Part shown: positions 1-12,131 of the stretch, piece by piece
How the letters are laid out: each line of letters starts with the position of its first letter
How positions within the stretch are numbered: position 1 is the stretch's first letter
Assembly: GCA_951406725.2 (NCBI GenBank)
Contig: OX597818.1
Location: 43,090,001 to 43,154,000 of the forward strand
Direction of reading: 5' to 3'
Origin: Octopus vulgaris
Taxonomy: Eukaryota
DNA: 64,000 nucleotides
Position numbers and translations under genes: made by a program
Notes under the pieces: generated by a model
Told to the model about the DNA's origin: nothing
The model's database searches: none
Seen by the model: only the letters and a program-made list of their open reading frames with translations

Positions 1-124
1 GTGATAGCATTAGCAAAATAATAGATCCTGTTATTAACAGTAGCTTAGCTATCATTATTACATTCGTTTTATAAAGACAATTAAAAATAAGATGATTTTA
101 TTGCTTACATTCATTCAAAGAGTT

Positions 125-452
125 CATCATCATCATCATTGTTCGACCGTGGTCGAGACAATGGAATTTACCATGTTGCGCCAGACTTCACGGTCCATCA
201 TAGCATTACGGAGGTCCTGTTGCTGGATGCCTGTATCCCTGGAGATTACATCAGGGTAGGAGAGTGTGCGCCCTCTGGTGTTGCGAGTAGATGGCTTCCA
301 GAGGAGAAGAGTAGAAATTACTTCTTTTTCAGCTCTACAACAATGTCCAGCAAACTGGACTCTCCTACCCTTCACAAGAGATGACACAGGTGGTAATTTC
401 CCATATATTTGCATTTTAGTTGGATGGCGCCTCCACGAGAGATTTTCAGTTA
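125..452 (-). mobile_element. 5'-truncated LINE 3' end (RTE-like ORF2 C-terminus) with (TGA)n tail
   Basis: ORF 136-414 (RRVQFAGHCCR...AMMDREVWR) is typical of the region after RT in RTE-type LINEs. The stop runs directly into a TGA repeat. Confidence 0.7.
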
Positions 453-636
453 CTTCACCTTCTCTTTACTTATCTTTCTGTTTCTTTGACTTCTGCTTAT
501 TCTTAAACAAGCTGTAGTGGTTTTCATAAATCTGGGATATTTTATTGTGCTCACATTATATTTCAAAAAAGAAACAGCAATGCCTTTACTTACTCTTACT
601 TTCATAACATGAGTTCTTACCAACATTTTTTCGTAG

Positions 637-677
637 ATGTTTCACTAGGAAGAGAGCATCAGTGGTCCTCCATCCTG
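637..677 (+). CDS. Possible short upstream coding exon of the host gene ((x)VSLGREHQWSSIL)
   Basis: Acceptor ttttttcgtag at 626-636. The 41 nt are 2 nt plus 13 open codons ending in phase 0, which matches the phase-0 start of exon 943. The donor gtacaa is weak. Confidence 0.45.
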
Positions 678-942
678 GTACAAACCTGAACAGCATCGCA
701 TCTAAAATAATTTTCTCCCAAATAAGTTGTGTTAACCATTATTATCTTTTTATTTGAATAGTTAGCTAACTTCATCTGTGCACGTGTGTGTGTGTGTGTG
801 TGCGCACATGTATATGTACATGTAAGAGAGATTGAGGGATTTAAATTTTTGACTCCTATCTGTTATAAATCTTTAAGAGTATTTTTGAATATGTAAAAAT
901 GTAAAAGTAGACATGAACCTAAATACAATTCAATTTTTTCAG

Positions 943-1128
943 AGAGAACCAATTCTACGCAAGGAACTTGGCAAGGTTAAAGTACCAACAAGGGTTTTCA
1001 CATTTGCAACCAAGATTTGGTTCCCTCAACACTGGCTTGTTGTAAGACAGTTCAGAGGAGATACAGAAGTCGTGCCAACTATCATTATGAACAGGGTGCT
1101 TTCAACTGGACCAGCTGGCAAAAAAGAG
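943..1128 (+). CDS. Host gene exon A (REPILRKELGKV...GPAGKKE), uncharacterised membrane protein
   Basis: ttttttcag acceptor, gtaaaa donor, 186 nt open, phase 0/0, joins exon B in frame. Confidence 0.85.
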
Positions 1129-1150
1129 GTAAAAGATATCTAAATTGATA

Positions 1151-1671
1151 CCGTAAATCCTTGAGTATAATCCACATTTTTTCCCCAAATTTAAAGTTCA
1201 AAATCCCTAGTGTGTACTATATACGAGGTTAAAAATGAAAAATATTTTCTAAGCAATGTCTGAGTCTCTATTTACTGTCCGGCAATGTTTATTCAAACAC
1301 ATTTTGTGATGTCGGGCGTAAAAATACCTTAAGCTAAGCCTGAAAGTAATGAAGTCATAAAAGAATCATCCACAACTTGCAGTAAGCAACATTTATTAAA
1401 ATAAAAGTATTCAGAACACAGAATAACATGTAACAAAAACAATTTGCAAACATATTTACATTCCCATATAACAGTTAAGAACATCACCATTATTGTATTA
1501 CGCATGCGCGGAAGTGTTTGTTTGACTAGTTGCTGCTGGCTTAATTACGCACAACTCAAGTTAGAGAAGAGGTGCGTATTATACACAAGGTTTAGGTTTT
1601 TCAGATGCACAGCCTCCTAAAATTCTCCTGCATATTATACTCAAGGGCGGACTATACTTGAGGATTTACGG
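1151..1671. mobile_element. Non-autonomous Tc1/mariner-superfamily (pogo/Tc2-like) MITE
   Basis: TIRs ccgtaaatcctYgagtata / tatactYgaggatttacgg, TA on the left flank. A related copy lies inverted at 34516-35027. Confidence 0.75.
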
Positions 1672-2529
1672 TGATTTCAGATTTGAACAATTTGTATGTT
1701 TATACATATAATGCCATGCAAGATATGGTAAATATCAATTTCAAACCATTATTCAAAAAATAATATAAACATTAAATTTAGAAGCTTAAGCAAAAAGAAA
1801 TTTCTTTATGTTTCTGGAGAAAACATATTTATATTTCAAAGGTCTGATTGTGGTTAAATAGACTGGACCCAAATTGTTGTCATTTAACAGAGGATAATGA
1901 CCTGTAGGGACATTGTATTTTGTTATGCAGCCATAATATACTGCAAAGTATATTAAATGCTTTTATAAGTCAATACCGTGTTCTATTGTATGTTAAGGAT
2001 ATCTCTACAGATTTACAGATTTTTTTAATTAAGTGATTTGACAGAGGATGGGTTATTTCATAGTCAAAATGATTCACATCTGTAGGAGAGGGGAAATGTG
2101 AAATTGTGAAATTATAAGTGAAATTATTTCATCTGTAAATGAAAACTGAGTCTTAGTATTCATTCACCAGTGTTGTTACTACTTATAGTGAAAGGTTTCC
2201 CATGTCTTACAGTATTTCATTTTTATGCGGTCAGTCATTTAAGAGTTAACTGCCCCTGACCACAGCAATGCTATTTTATGGTTATAAGATGGTAGCCTAT
2301 CTATTAGTCATAAAAGGGACATGCTGACAATGGGCCAGTGATTGGAATATGTTTGTAAGTCTTCAAAAACAGGGTGTTATGGCCACCATCTTAGTTATTA
2401 AACCTTCCCTACTTAACATCACTATTTCTATACCTATTAGATACTATTTTTTAAAAAATAACCATAATTGAATATATGAACACAATTCCTGGACCATAAG
2501 AGAGAGAAACAAAGCAATATATAATACAA

Positions 2530-2914
2530 CTAGCAGTATCACCTGGCGTTGCTCGGGTTTGTTTCGACCCTTTAGAATTGGAATTTTTGAAAAGTAAAAA
2601 TTTTGCATTATGTAGCTCTTTAAGTGAACATTTTTCTGGTTGAAATACACCGAAAAATGGCGACACAGTAGTAAAAAAATCATAAAAAATAGGGATTTTC
2701 ATAGGAAAAAAGCACCTTTTTGATGTAAATAATTTTTGGTATTAACATGGTCCGATGTGAATTTTATCTTCTACAGAATGAAGAGCAAGCCTTCTTCTAT
2801 CATACTCTCAATTTTGGTCAACTTGCGCCGCAGGGTCTCAGAGGAGATAGTGTTAGTTGAAGGCTACCAAACCTGACACACACACACAGACAACTTCAGC
2901 TTTATATATATAGA
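2530..2914 (-). mobile_element. Non-autonomous Helitron
   Basis: Minus strand begins TC and ends CTAG, inserted between A and T, with a GC-rich subterminal imperfect hairpin (cccgagcaacgccagg). A homologous copy is at 51340-51738. Confidence 0.75.
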
Positions 2915-3042
2915 TTATACTGACTATACCAGTATGACGTTTCCAGAGCTGTGTTTCTTTAAAATGATAATCAATAACTACTTATAAATATTTACCGTAA
3001 CTGAATATGTTCTTCATAGATTTTCATTTCCATGTTTTACAG

Positions 3043-3168
3043 ATTGATACATACACAGTTGACAAATATATGCGCCGGAAGACCAGCACTCGCTATCCTA
3101 TGTGGAGGTGGTGGAATTATGTACACAGGACATGGGCCTGGATGTGGAACTCTATGTTTTTTTTCTTG
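3043..3168 (+). CDS. Host gene exon B (IDTYTVDKYMRRKTSTRYPMWRWWNYVHRTWAWMWNSMFFFL)
   Basis: ttttacag acceptor, gtaatt donor, 126 nt, phase 0/0, Trp-rich protein-like sequence. Confidence 0.9.
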
Positions 3169-3424
3169 GTAATTTCTAAATATATATATTTTTTTTTTTA
3201 TTAAGAAACAATATATAATATAGGGACATTTTTTTCTTTTATATTATTTTAGTGTTTTGTCTATTTCAAAAGAACATATTCTGTGTTTTTGTCATCAGTG
3301 ATTTCATTTAATTCAAATTGGTTTTTAATAGCGAATTAAGGGACAAGCTTGGTTTTGTGGTAGAAAATTTGTTTCCCAGCTACATAACGTGAGTTCATGG
3401 CTATTACCTGCACCAGCTTCATAT

Positions 3425-3859
3425 AGCAGCCCCAGCCCATCCAAAATACCTTGGATCGTAGGGCGACCTGCTGTGCTTGAGGAGACCTATTGAGTCAAGT
3501 ACATCAACATCAAAATAAAAATCGAATGGAAATTTTAGTTGTGATACTCATGCCAGTGGCACGTAAAAAGCACCATCCAAACGTGGCCGATACCAGCGCC
3601 ACCTTGACTGGCTTCTGTGCCGGTGGCATGTAAAAAGCACCAACCAATCGTGGCTGTTGACCCCTGTGCTAGTGGCACGTAAAAAGCACCCACTACACTC
3701 ATGGAGTGGTTGGCGTTAGGAAGGGCATCCAGCTGTAGAAACAATGCCAGATCAGACTGGAGCCTGGTGCAGCCTCCTGGCTTCCCAGACCCCAGTCAAA
3801 CCATCCAACCCCATGCTAGCATGGAAAACGGACGTTAAACGATGATGATGATGATGATG
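3425..3859 (+). mobile_element. Non-autonomous retroposon with internal tggcacgtaaaaagcacc repeats and (GAT)n tail. Other copies at about 10876-11123 (+), 40068-40519 (+), 43747-44003 (-), 54388-54841 (+)
   Basis: Copies share the 3' end ggttggcgttaggaagggcatccagc...gctagcatggaaaacggacgttaaacgatgatg and have variable 5' truncation. Confidence 0.75.
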
Positions 3860-3947
3860 GTAATGGTCTTAATCTCTGTCCCATTGCATAGCTCCTTAGC
3901 AAATGTCTTAGAAACTGAAATGTCCAAGAAACTGAAAGAAGCCCATC

Positions 3948-3984
<37 letters not shown>

Positions 3985-4604
3985 TGTATGTGTGTTTGTC
4001 CCCACAACATTGCTTGACAACCGATGCTGGTGTGTTTACATCCCCCGTAACCTAGCGGTTCAGCAGAAGACACCGATAGTACTAGGCTTACAAAGAATAA
4101 AGGCGGTGCTCCAGCATGGCCACAGTCAAATGACTGAAACAAGTAAAAGAGTATATCCCTTTTCACAAAATTCTAAAAATAGCCTTAATAATTAAATCTA
4201 ATGTAAAGAGTTATCTCTCTTAGATCTTTTTCTTCATAAAATTCTGCTTTGTTGCTAGATTCATTTCAAAAACTGAAATTATTCTAAAACTGTTTGCTAA
4301 GCATTCTATGAACAAAATAAATAATTTTATCTGCTGATGATATTAAAAAGAGTTTGAAACTTTCTTCAGGTACCACACTAATTTCACAAATATATTTGTT
4401 TGTATAATAATAACGGTAATTTAGTGTATAACCTTTGATCCCTTTTAGCATTTAAACTGGCCATATCAGGCCAAAATATTTTACCTGTTTTAGGTTCAAA
4501 CTGGCCAGATCCAGCCTCTTACACATACCCTACAATGTCATTCGAAAAATGAACAATTACATCATTGAAGTTACAAAGTTACAAGATAGTGCACAATTAA
4601 TTCT

Positions 4605-4899
4605 TATTATTTATTTATGCGCCCTTTTCAAGACTAGCCAGGCTCATGGGCCCAGTTTCCCGGTTTCTGTGGCCTATGTGTTCCCCCCCCCCCAGCTGGA
4701 CGGGACGCCAGTCCATTGCAACATTACTCAAGAAACAGGAAGAAAGAGTTGGGGTGAAAGAGTACAACAGGGGTTGCCACCACCCCCTGCTGGAGCCTTG
4801 TGGAGCTTTAGGTGTTTTCACAACGGCCGGTCTGGGAATTGAAACTATGATCCTCCAACCGCGAGTCCACTGCCCTAACCACTAGGCCATTGTGCCTCT
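4605..4899 (-). mobile_element. tRNA-derived SINE with 10-bp TSD, inserted into an older ccctt...aaggg-ended DNA element (about 4440-4964)
   Basis: Minus-strand head ggcacaatggcctagtggttagggc (A box) and gtttcaattccc (B box), A-rich tail. TSD aattaattct at 4595-4604 and 4900-4909. Confidence 0.75.
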
Positions 4900-5332
4900 A
4901 ATTAATTCTAAACAATGTAAATAAATAAGCATTTTCGTTGACAGAATAACATGACTGCTAAAGGGTTAAACATGTTCAACATATATTTCCTAACAAACCT
5001 TTTCAACTATTACATTCTCATAGGAAATATTTAATGTTGTACTCATGCAACATTACTATTAGTTATCCTCAACTTTCTTGTTGTTTGTTTGTCCCCTGCA
5101 ATTGTTTGATAATCGGTGTTGGTGTGTTTACATCCCCATAACAGCAGTTTGGCAAAATGTGGCAGATAGAATAAGTTTTAGGGTTAAAAAAACGATAGTC
5201 CTGGAGTTGATTTGTTTGACTAAAACCCTTCAAGGTGGTGCCCCAGTATGGCCACAGTCAAATGACTGACACAAGTAAAAGATAAAAGATACTGGTAACT
5301 GCTGTTCTGAACATCCCCAGTTTTTCTTTGCT

Positions 5333-5601
5333 TTACTCTTTTACTTGTTTCAGTCATTTGGCTGTGGCCATACTGGAGCTCCGCCTTTTAGTCGAAGAAA
5401 TTGACCCCAGGACTTATTCTTTGTAAGCCTAGTACTTATTCTATCAGTCTCTTTTGCTAAGCCGCTAAGATACGGGGACCTAAACACACCAGCATCGGTT
5501 GTCAAGCGATGTTGGGGGACAAACACAGACACACAAACATACACACACACACACGCACACACATATATATATATGCACACACACACACACATATATATAT
5601 G

Positions 5602-5633
<32 letters not shown>

Positions 5634-5793
5634 CGATGGGCTTCTTTCAGTCTCCGTCTACCAAATCCACTCACAAGGCTTTGGTCGGCCCAAGGCTATA
5701 GTAGAAGACACTTGCCCATGGTGTCATGCAGTGGGACTGAACCCAGAACCATGTTGTTGGTAAGCAAGCTACTTACCATGCAGCCACTCCTGC
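5333..5793 (-). mobile_element. tRNA-derived SINE family with internal (CA)/(TA) microsatellite. Other copies at about 5970-6350, 11371-11797 (-), 24191-24609 (+), 30529-30901 (+), 33080-33710 (-), 40990-41555, 50533-50946 (-), 58563-58730 (+), 61816-62295 (+)
   Basis: In the best-preserved copies the head is gtggctgtgtggtaag...gggttcagtccc (A and B boxes), followed by a CORE-like ggcaccttgggcaagt segment and the shared tail caaatgactgaaacaagtaaaag. Confidence 0.85.
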
Positions 5794-6174
5794 ATACTGA
5801 GAATTATCCAGATTTGAGCTATTCCATTTCTAATTATATTATCCTTATGTCTGCTTCTCATTCTTCTTATTGCTCCTATTATTACTACTTGAGATGTTAG
5901 AATTACAGTTTCACTGTCACTCTTCTCTCTAAACCTCTCCTCCATTTCATGAAATGATCAAACAGTCTCTCTTTTACTCTTTTACTTGTTTCAGTCATTT
6001 GACTGCAGCCATGCTGGAGCACCGCCTTTAGTCGAACAAATCGACCCCATGACTTATTCTTTGTAAGCCCAGTACTTATTCTATTGGTCTCTTTTGCCGA
6101 ACCGCTAAGTGACGGTGACGTAAACACACCAGCATCGGTTGTCAAGCAATGCTAGGGGGACAATCACAGACACA

Positions 6175-6210
<36 letters not shown>

Positions 6211-6364
6211 TACATACATACATATATATATGTATGGTTCTGAGTTCAGTCCCACTGCGTGGCACCTTGGGCAAGTGTCTTCTACTATAGATTCGGGCCG
6301 ACCAAAGGTTTGTGAGTGGATTTGGTAAACGGAAACTGAAAGAAGCTCGTCGTATATATGTATA

Positions 6365-6404
<40 letters not shown>

Positions 6405-6479
6405 TATACATATATACGACGGGCTTCTTTCAGTTTCCGTTTACCAAATCCACTCACAAACCTTTGGTCGGCCCGAGGC

Positions 6480-6512
<33 letters not shown>

Positions 6513-6960
6513 TGTGTACAGTGCTCAGGTGCACTACAACTCATCTAAAGTGTATATATAATCAGGTGTAGTTTCGGCGGATTTCGGAAAGCATGAGGGC
6601 CTTAAAAGATGCAGTGTCATGGCAGTCAACAACTGACGCAGGCAGTTTATTCCATGCTTCAGCAATTCTGAGCGTGAAAAAATGTTTCCGAAAGTCATGG
6701 GAGCTGTATTGTTTTCTGACTTTGTAGGCATGTCCACGTGTGTTAGACACATGGAGATCAAAAAGGTGTTCAGTGTTGTTGTTGGTGAGGTGGTTGATAA
6801 CTTTGTGGGTGTTTACCAAGTCCGTCGCCAAACGCCGGAGCTTCAGTGAATCCATGCCCAGGGAAACAAGGCGCTCAGAATATGGTAGGTGTCTGATGGA
6901 GGGTATGCGTTTGGTTGCACGTCTCTGGACAGATTCCAGGAGGTCAATGTTCTGTGCAAG
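6480..6960 (-). mobile_element. 5'-truncated CR1-like LINE 3' end with (ATT)n tail, inserted in a SINE
   Basis: Translation LESVQRRATK...LRRLATDL...TRGHAYKV...FFTLRIAEAWNKLP is the characteristic CR1-group C-terminus. The host SINE resumes at 6961. Confidence 0.8.
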
Positions 6961-7098
6961 ATAGTAGAAGACACTTGCCCAACCATGTGGTTGGTAAGCA
7001 AGTTACTTACCGTTCACCTTTGAGAATATTGTAAGACACACACAAAAAAATGTTTCTTTTTTTGTTTGTTTTCTATTAATCTTTTTGTTTTTTTTCAG

Positions 7099-7188
7099 GT
7101 TGTAATCCCTTTATTTAGTCCCGTTAGTTTTCGAGCTTTGTTTTGTGTTCATCCATTCAAGCCAGACTTGGAACTCAGTCAAGTTGAT
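7099..7188 (+). CDS. Host gene exon C (VVIPLFSPVSFRALFCVHPFKPDLELSQVD)
   Basis: Long poly-T tract plus cag acceptor, gtaaat donor, 90 nt, phase 0/0. Not in the ORF track. Confidence 0.85.
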
Positions 7189-7862
7189 GTAAATATTACC
7201 TGTTATTTCTCTTTTTTGTAAAACTGTTCATACTTTGCTAATAAAGGCCATGAAGAGATGGGATCAACAGTAACTAGAACAGAAATAGGTTCAATAATAT
7301 CTAGATGTGTAACAGGAACCTGAGGGATAGAATGAATGGCAGTATGCTGGGGAAATCCATGAGTATAAAAAGCATCAGCCAAATACATCTAAGAAATATG
7401 ATTGTGCTGATGTAAATGGATGATGTATAATGAGTGAAATAGTGCAATGGGTTTGGGTAAACGAAGATGATTTGAGGAATTTGTGCCATGTAGGTGAGAA
7501 AAGGTGGAGTTGAATTTTCTGGAAAGATGCTCCTTTGCAGACATATCTTGCCCTTATTGTCAAAGAAAAGCAAATTTCAATGCAATAATAATATAAAATT
7601 CATTTTCCAGGCCTTTTTGGGCATCTTCAAGACTGATTGTGTACAGTCCTACATTTAATTCCAAATCTCCTACATAACTCTGAAGTAAACCATGCTACTT
7701 TTCCATTTGATTCTTCTCTATCACTATCATTTGAATATATTCTCCAGAGTAACTCTTTATAACTCAAACTTTATTTATTTATCTATTTATTTATTTATCT
7801 ATATATTCATTTTTGGAGATTTGCATTGTATTTCATAAATGTAAAAAAAACAATCTTCTAGT

Positions 7863-8418
7863 TAATAGAAATATTAAAATTACTAAGTCTCTCTAAAGGA
7901 GATTACGGCAGCATTACTGGATATTAATAGTTATCGCCAAACTAATATGGCAGTCCTTAAATATAAGACTAAAGCTGTAACTGATTAGCTCCAAGAGGCC
8001 ATCGCCTCTAGCTAGCTATATGACACACGAACCTGCGTCCATTACAACCTTCGAACAGGGGAGGTCAGCCGCTTCACCTTACTGGTCAGACATCTGTAGA
8101 CATGTTTCAGGGTTGTTGCCCTTTATCAATGCAGCGTAGTCAGACCCAGCAGGTGTCACTACCGACCGTCTGTTCGAAGATTTTATTTACCTAGTTACAG
8201 TGGAATACATCCACTTGTTTTCAATAATAGAAATATTAAAATTACTAAGTCTCTCTAAAGGAGATTACGGCAGCGTTACTGGATATTAATAGTTATCGCC
8301 AAACTAATATGGCAGTCCATAAATATAAGACTAAAGCTGTCGCTGATTAGCTCTAAGAGGCCATCGCCTCTAGCTAGCTATATGACACACAAACCTGCGT
8401 CCATTACAACCTTTGAAC
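7863..8418 (-). repeat. 1.5-mer direct repeat of a 362-bp non-coding unit containing a hammerhead ribozyme (retrozyme-like or Penelope pLTR-like)
   Basis: 7863-8056 is repeated at 8225-8418 with only a few substitutions. The unique middle part holds the ribozyme motif. Confidence 0.85.
8075..8155 (-). ncRNA. Minimal type I hammerhead ribozyme (U3-A8 variant), predicted cleavage after GUC between 8099 and 8098
   Basis: Minus strand reads CUGCA-UUGAUAA-AGGG caacaa CCCU-GAA-ACAUGU-C-UACAG. Core, stem II, palindromic stem III and an imperfect extended stem I are all present. Confidence 0.8.
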
Positions 8419-8639
8419 GATTGATCTCTCTTTATGCTGAATTTTTACTTTATATAATATTTTGAAAAATATTTTAATTTATGTTTCTACCTTTATATTT
8501 GTATGCATATGTTAAAAACCTTCCCTGTATTAATGCATTATAAGAGGAGGTATGAGAGAAGTGTGTTACAATGATTTTTCTTCATAGGAAATGTTGGTAA
8601 GTCATGACCATGTTTTAATTTTTTTATTCCTTTTTTTAG

Positions 8640-8754
8640 GGTGTTTTATATCCAAAAGAATCTTATGTTGTACATACACTGATATCCCGTTTACGACTGC
8701 TGTGGCAAAATGTGCATAAATCAAGAGCAGATTTCGAGGCGGCTCCTCATGCAG
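8640..8754 (+). CDS. Host gene exon D (GVLYPKESYVVHTLISRLRLLWQNVHKSRADFEAAPHA-G)
   Basis: tttttttag acceptor, CAG/gtagga donor, 115 nt, phase 0/1, compatible with exon E. Confidence 0.9.
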
Positions 8755-9431
8755 GTAGGAGTTTTATATGCATAAACTAACAAATAAGATGCAAGCAACA
8801 ATCTGATGAAAAAGCATATTTCATTAGTTAAATAAATATTATCTTTAAAAAAAGATCATTAATTGTTAAAATTATTTTTGTGAATCTTTTAAGGAAAAAA
8901 CAGTGCTTTCTTAGTGTTGTGTAAGGATTTCCAACTCCACGAATTATCATCATCATCATTGCTTTACATCTTCTTTCTATGCTGGCATGGGTTGGATGAA
9001 CCATCAGGAGCTGAAATGCTTCTTATTGAGAGCCACTGCTGTCATAGGCTCATGCTCATATGTGCCATTTTAGCTTGGTTTCAACAGCTACATACCCTTC
9101 CTATTAGCAACCACTTTACAGAATGTATTGGATGCTTTTTCTTGTGGTACCAGCACTGGAAAGGTTGAATAGCGCTCAGCAAGACAGGACTAAAGATACC
9201 TCTGAAGACTCTTTGTCTTCTGTTCACTCACCAATCACTCTAGAGGGTGCACATAGACCGAGGCAGGCAGGCGGACTTTCTACAGTAACATCAGCATAAG
9301 GGGTGGAGTACTTTGTACGCTATAAGTGTAGATACTTTGTAACCTAAGGTGTGTAACTTTGCTCACTCAGGTAATGTAATCAAGGAGGAGAGAGAGTGAT
9401 GACAACAGAAAGACAAGAAATGCTGAATGAA

Positions 9432-9660
9432 AGGCGAACTGGCAGAAAAGTTAGCACACCGGGCGAAATGCTTAGCAGTATTTCATCTGCTGCTACGTTC
9501 TGAGTTCAAATTCCGCCAAGGTTGACTTTGCCTTTCATCCTTTCGAGGTCAATTAAATAAGTACCAGTTACACACTGGGGTCAATATAATCGACTAAATC
9601 CGTTTGTCGGTCCTTCTTTGTCCCCTCTCTGTTTAGCTCCTTGTGGGCAGTAAAGAAATA
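9432..9660 (+). mobile_element. Second SINE family (ggcgagctggcagaa...gttctgagttcaaatt...gcctttcatcctttcggggtcga). Other copies at about 12331-12540, 16812-17245 (-, nested pair), 25300-25515, 25644-25818, 31465-32335 (-), 34290-34505 (-), 39210-39410
   Basis: Many dispersed homologous copies with a B-box-like gagttcaaattcc. Confidence 0.8.
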
Positions 9661-10358
9661 AGAAGTGCTGAATGAAAGGAATAGAAGTATGATGATAGAA
9701 GTAATTTCTGGGGTGGTGTCAGGAAGGGTTGTAATGGACAATAACAGGGGTTAACAAAGGCAAGAGTAGGTGGTGGTGGGTGTTGAGAGTAGTTGGCAGC
9801 AGACAAAGAGCAAAGTTAAACTGTACTGGGTACAGATAGTTTGATGTAGTCTCTTATACATAGACCTAATGATGGAAGAGTGTGTTAGAGTGATAAGGAT
9901 GGTGGTACAGGTGGTTGAGGGAATTAAATGCATGTATGTTCTGTAGCATGTGTCATCCATTTGTAAGCAGCACAGGTAATGGGGAGATGAGATGGAGGAG
10001 TATAAGTGATACAGAGATGAATGAAGTGAATACAGAGACAGGTGAAGGAAGGAGGAGAGCCACAGGTAGATAAGACTTATGAATTGGATTATTAATTCAA
10101 ATATAAAATAATTGACAGTAAATCACTGTTTTCTAATAAATTGATTTAAATCACCATTTGAGGTTCCTTCCATGATTTTTCATCTATTTGTCAATTGAAT
10201 TGAATGTTTCAGATGATTTGATATTAATAAAAGTAGCTTCTCTAGCTCTCAGTAAAAGAATTTTCATTTATTTATTACTTTGTGCAATGTAAAATTACAG
10301 CAATTTAAATTTTTAAAAATAATATTAATAATAAAAGTGAGCTTATTGTATAAGTGAA

Positions 10359-10650
10359 GGCGCATGGCTCAGTGGTTAGAGCGTTGAGCTTATGATCGTG
10401 AGGTTGTGAGTTTGAATCCCGGACCGGATTTCACATTGCTCCAGTTCACTCAGCTGTAGAAATAAGTTGCAACATCACAGGTGCCAAGCTGTATTGGCCT
10501 TTGCCTTTCCCTTGGATAACTCTGGTGGTGTGGAGAGGGGAGGCTGGTATGCATGGGCGACTGCTGGTCTTCCATAAACAACCTTGCTCGGACTTGTGCC
10601 TGTGAAGGTAACTTTCTAGGTGCAATCCCATGGTCAACCATGACCGAAGG
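10359..10650 (+). mobile_element. tRNA-derived SINE (third family)
   Basis: Head ggcgcatggctcagtggttagagcg...gagtttgaatccc (A and B boxes) followed by non-tRNA body. No complete cloverleaf. Confidence 0.65.
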
Positions 10651-11592
10651 GAGTTTCAATTGTATACAGTGGCTCAGGGGTACTACAACTTATCAAAAAA
10701 AAAAAAAAATTAAAAGAAGTGGGGAAAAATGCAGCAATAAGTCAAGTAATGAAAGACCTCAATGAAAGCTTGAAGTTCATGTACAGTACACAGAATGAAA
10801 TACAAAAAATAGAAAAATGAACATTAAAAGTCATAAAAAGGACAGACTTTCATTAAGCATATCAAGAGTAGTGTTGGCAAATTTCAGTAAGCGCCGGTGG
10901 CACGTAAAAAGCACCATCCGACCGTGGCCGTTTGCCAGCCATGTCTGGCACGTAAAAAGCACCCACTACACTCACGGAGTGGTTGGCATTAGGAAGGGCA
11001 TCCAGCCATAGAAACATTGCCAGATCAGACTGGGCCTGGTGCAGCCTTCTGGCTTCCCAGACCCCAGTTGAACTGTCCAACCCATGCTAGCATGGAAACT
11101 GGGCGCTAAATAATGATGATAATGAAGGAATTCTTGAAGAATGCACTGTCCTGATAGCTAACAACTGGCACGAGTAGTTTCTTCCAAACTTTGATAATTC
11201 TGAGTGCAAAAAATTATTTCTGTAAGTTGTGGGTGCTGGGCTGTTTAAAAAGTTAAATAGAAATTTTATTAATATTAACTTTTAATTCTGTTTCTATGTT
11301 AAAGGATAAACTGTTTCTGTATTACATGAGCAGGAATGAAATGATGTTTAGTTTTTAGAACATATTGGCATACTCTTTTACTTGTTTCAGTCATTTGACT
11401 GTGGCCATGCTGGAGCACTGCCTTTAGTCAAGCAAATCAACCCCAGGACTTATTCTTTGTAAGCCTAGTACTTATTCTATCAGTCTCTTTTGCCGAACCA
11501 CTAAGTTACGGGGACGTAAACACACCAGCATCGGTTGTCAAGCGATGTTGGGGAGGACAAGTGCAGACACACAAACACGTACACACACACAC

Positions 11593-11639
<47 letters not shown>

Positions 11640-11974
11640 GCTTCTTTCAGTTTCCATCTACCAAATCCACTCACAAGGCTTTGCTTGGCCCAAGGCAATA
11701 GTAGAAGACACCTGCCTGAGGTCCCGCACAGTGGGACTGAACCCAGAACCATGTGGTTGGTAAGCAAGCTACTTACCACAAAGCCACTCCTATGCCTGTT
11801 TATTTTTTTAAAGTATAAAAGAAATTCACCAAAATTAAAAAGAAAAATAAATAAAATTTTGAAAATATTCCAGTTTTATGATTTAATATTCAAAGCATGA
11901 TAGGAACTTCTGCTTTATGTACAAGTATGTGTGAACTGAAAAAATATTGATTTTTCTTTTTCTTTCATTTTCAG

Positions 11975-12131
11975 GCTTCTTGGGAAAAAGTTTTACCCGT
12001 CATTTAAATCGTTTCTGGAACTTTGTATTGAAAGGCGGTTTTGGGAGTTTCTTATTAGTCTTAGTGTTCCCTTTGCTATGCATAGTTACATCAGGACTCT
12101 CGGTCTTTATGGCACTTACAGCACCAGTTTG
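11975..12131 (+). CDS. Host gene exon E (GFLGKSFTRHLNRFWNFVLKGGFGSFLLVLVFPLLCIVTSGLSVFMALTAPVW), hydrophobic TM segment
   Basis: Polypyrimidine tract plus cag acceptor, gtaagc donor, 157 nt, phase 1/2. Confidence 0.9.

Noticed and set aside
3255-3300. Minus-strand CTGATGA...GAAA hammerhead candidate (similar cases at 4334 and 25030 on +)
   Set aside because: No credible stem II, stem III/NUH or stem I. These are chance matches in AT-rich DNA.
10359-10430. tRNA gene
   Set aside because: A and B boxes are present, but there is no complete cloverleaf and it continues into a SINE body.
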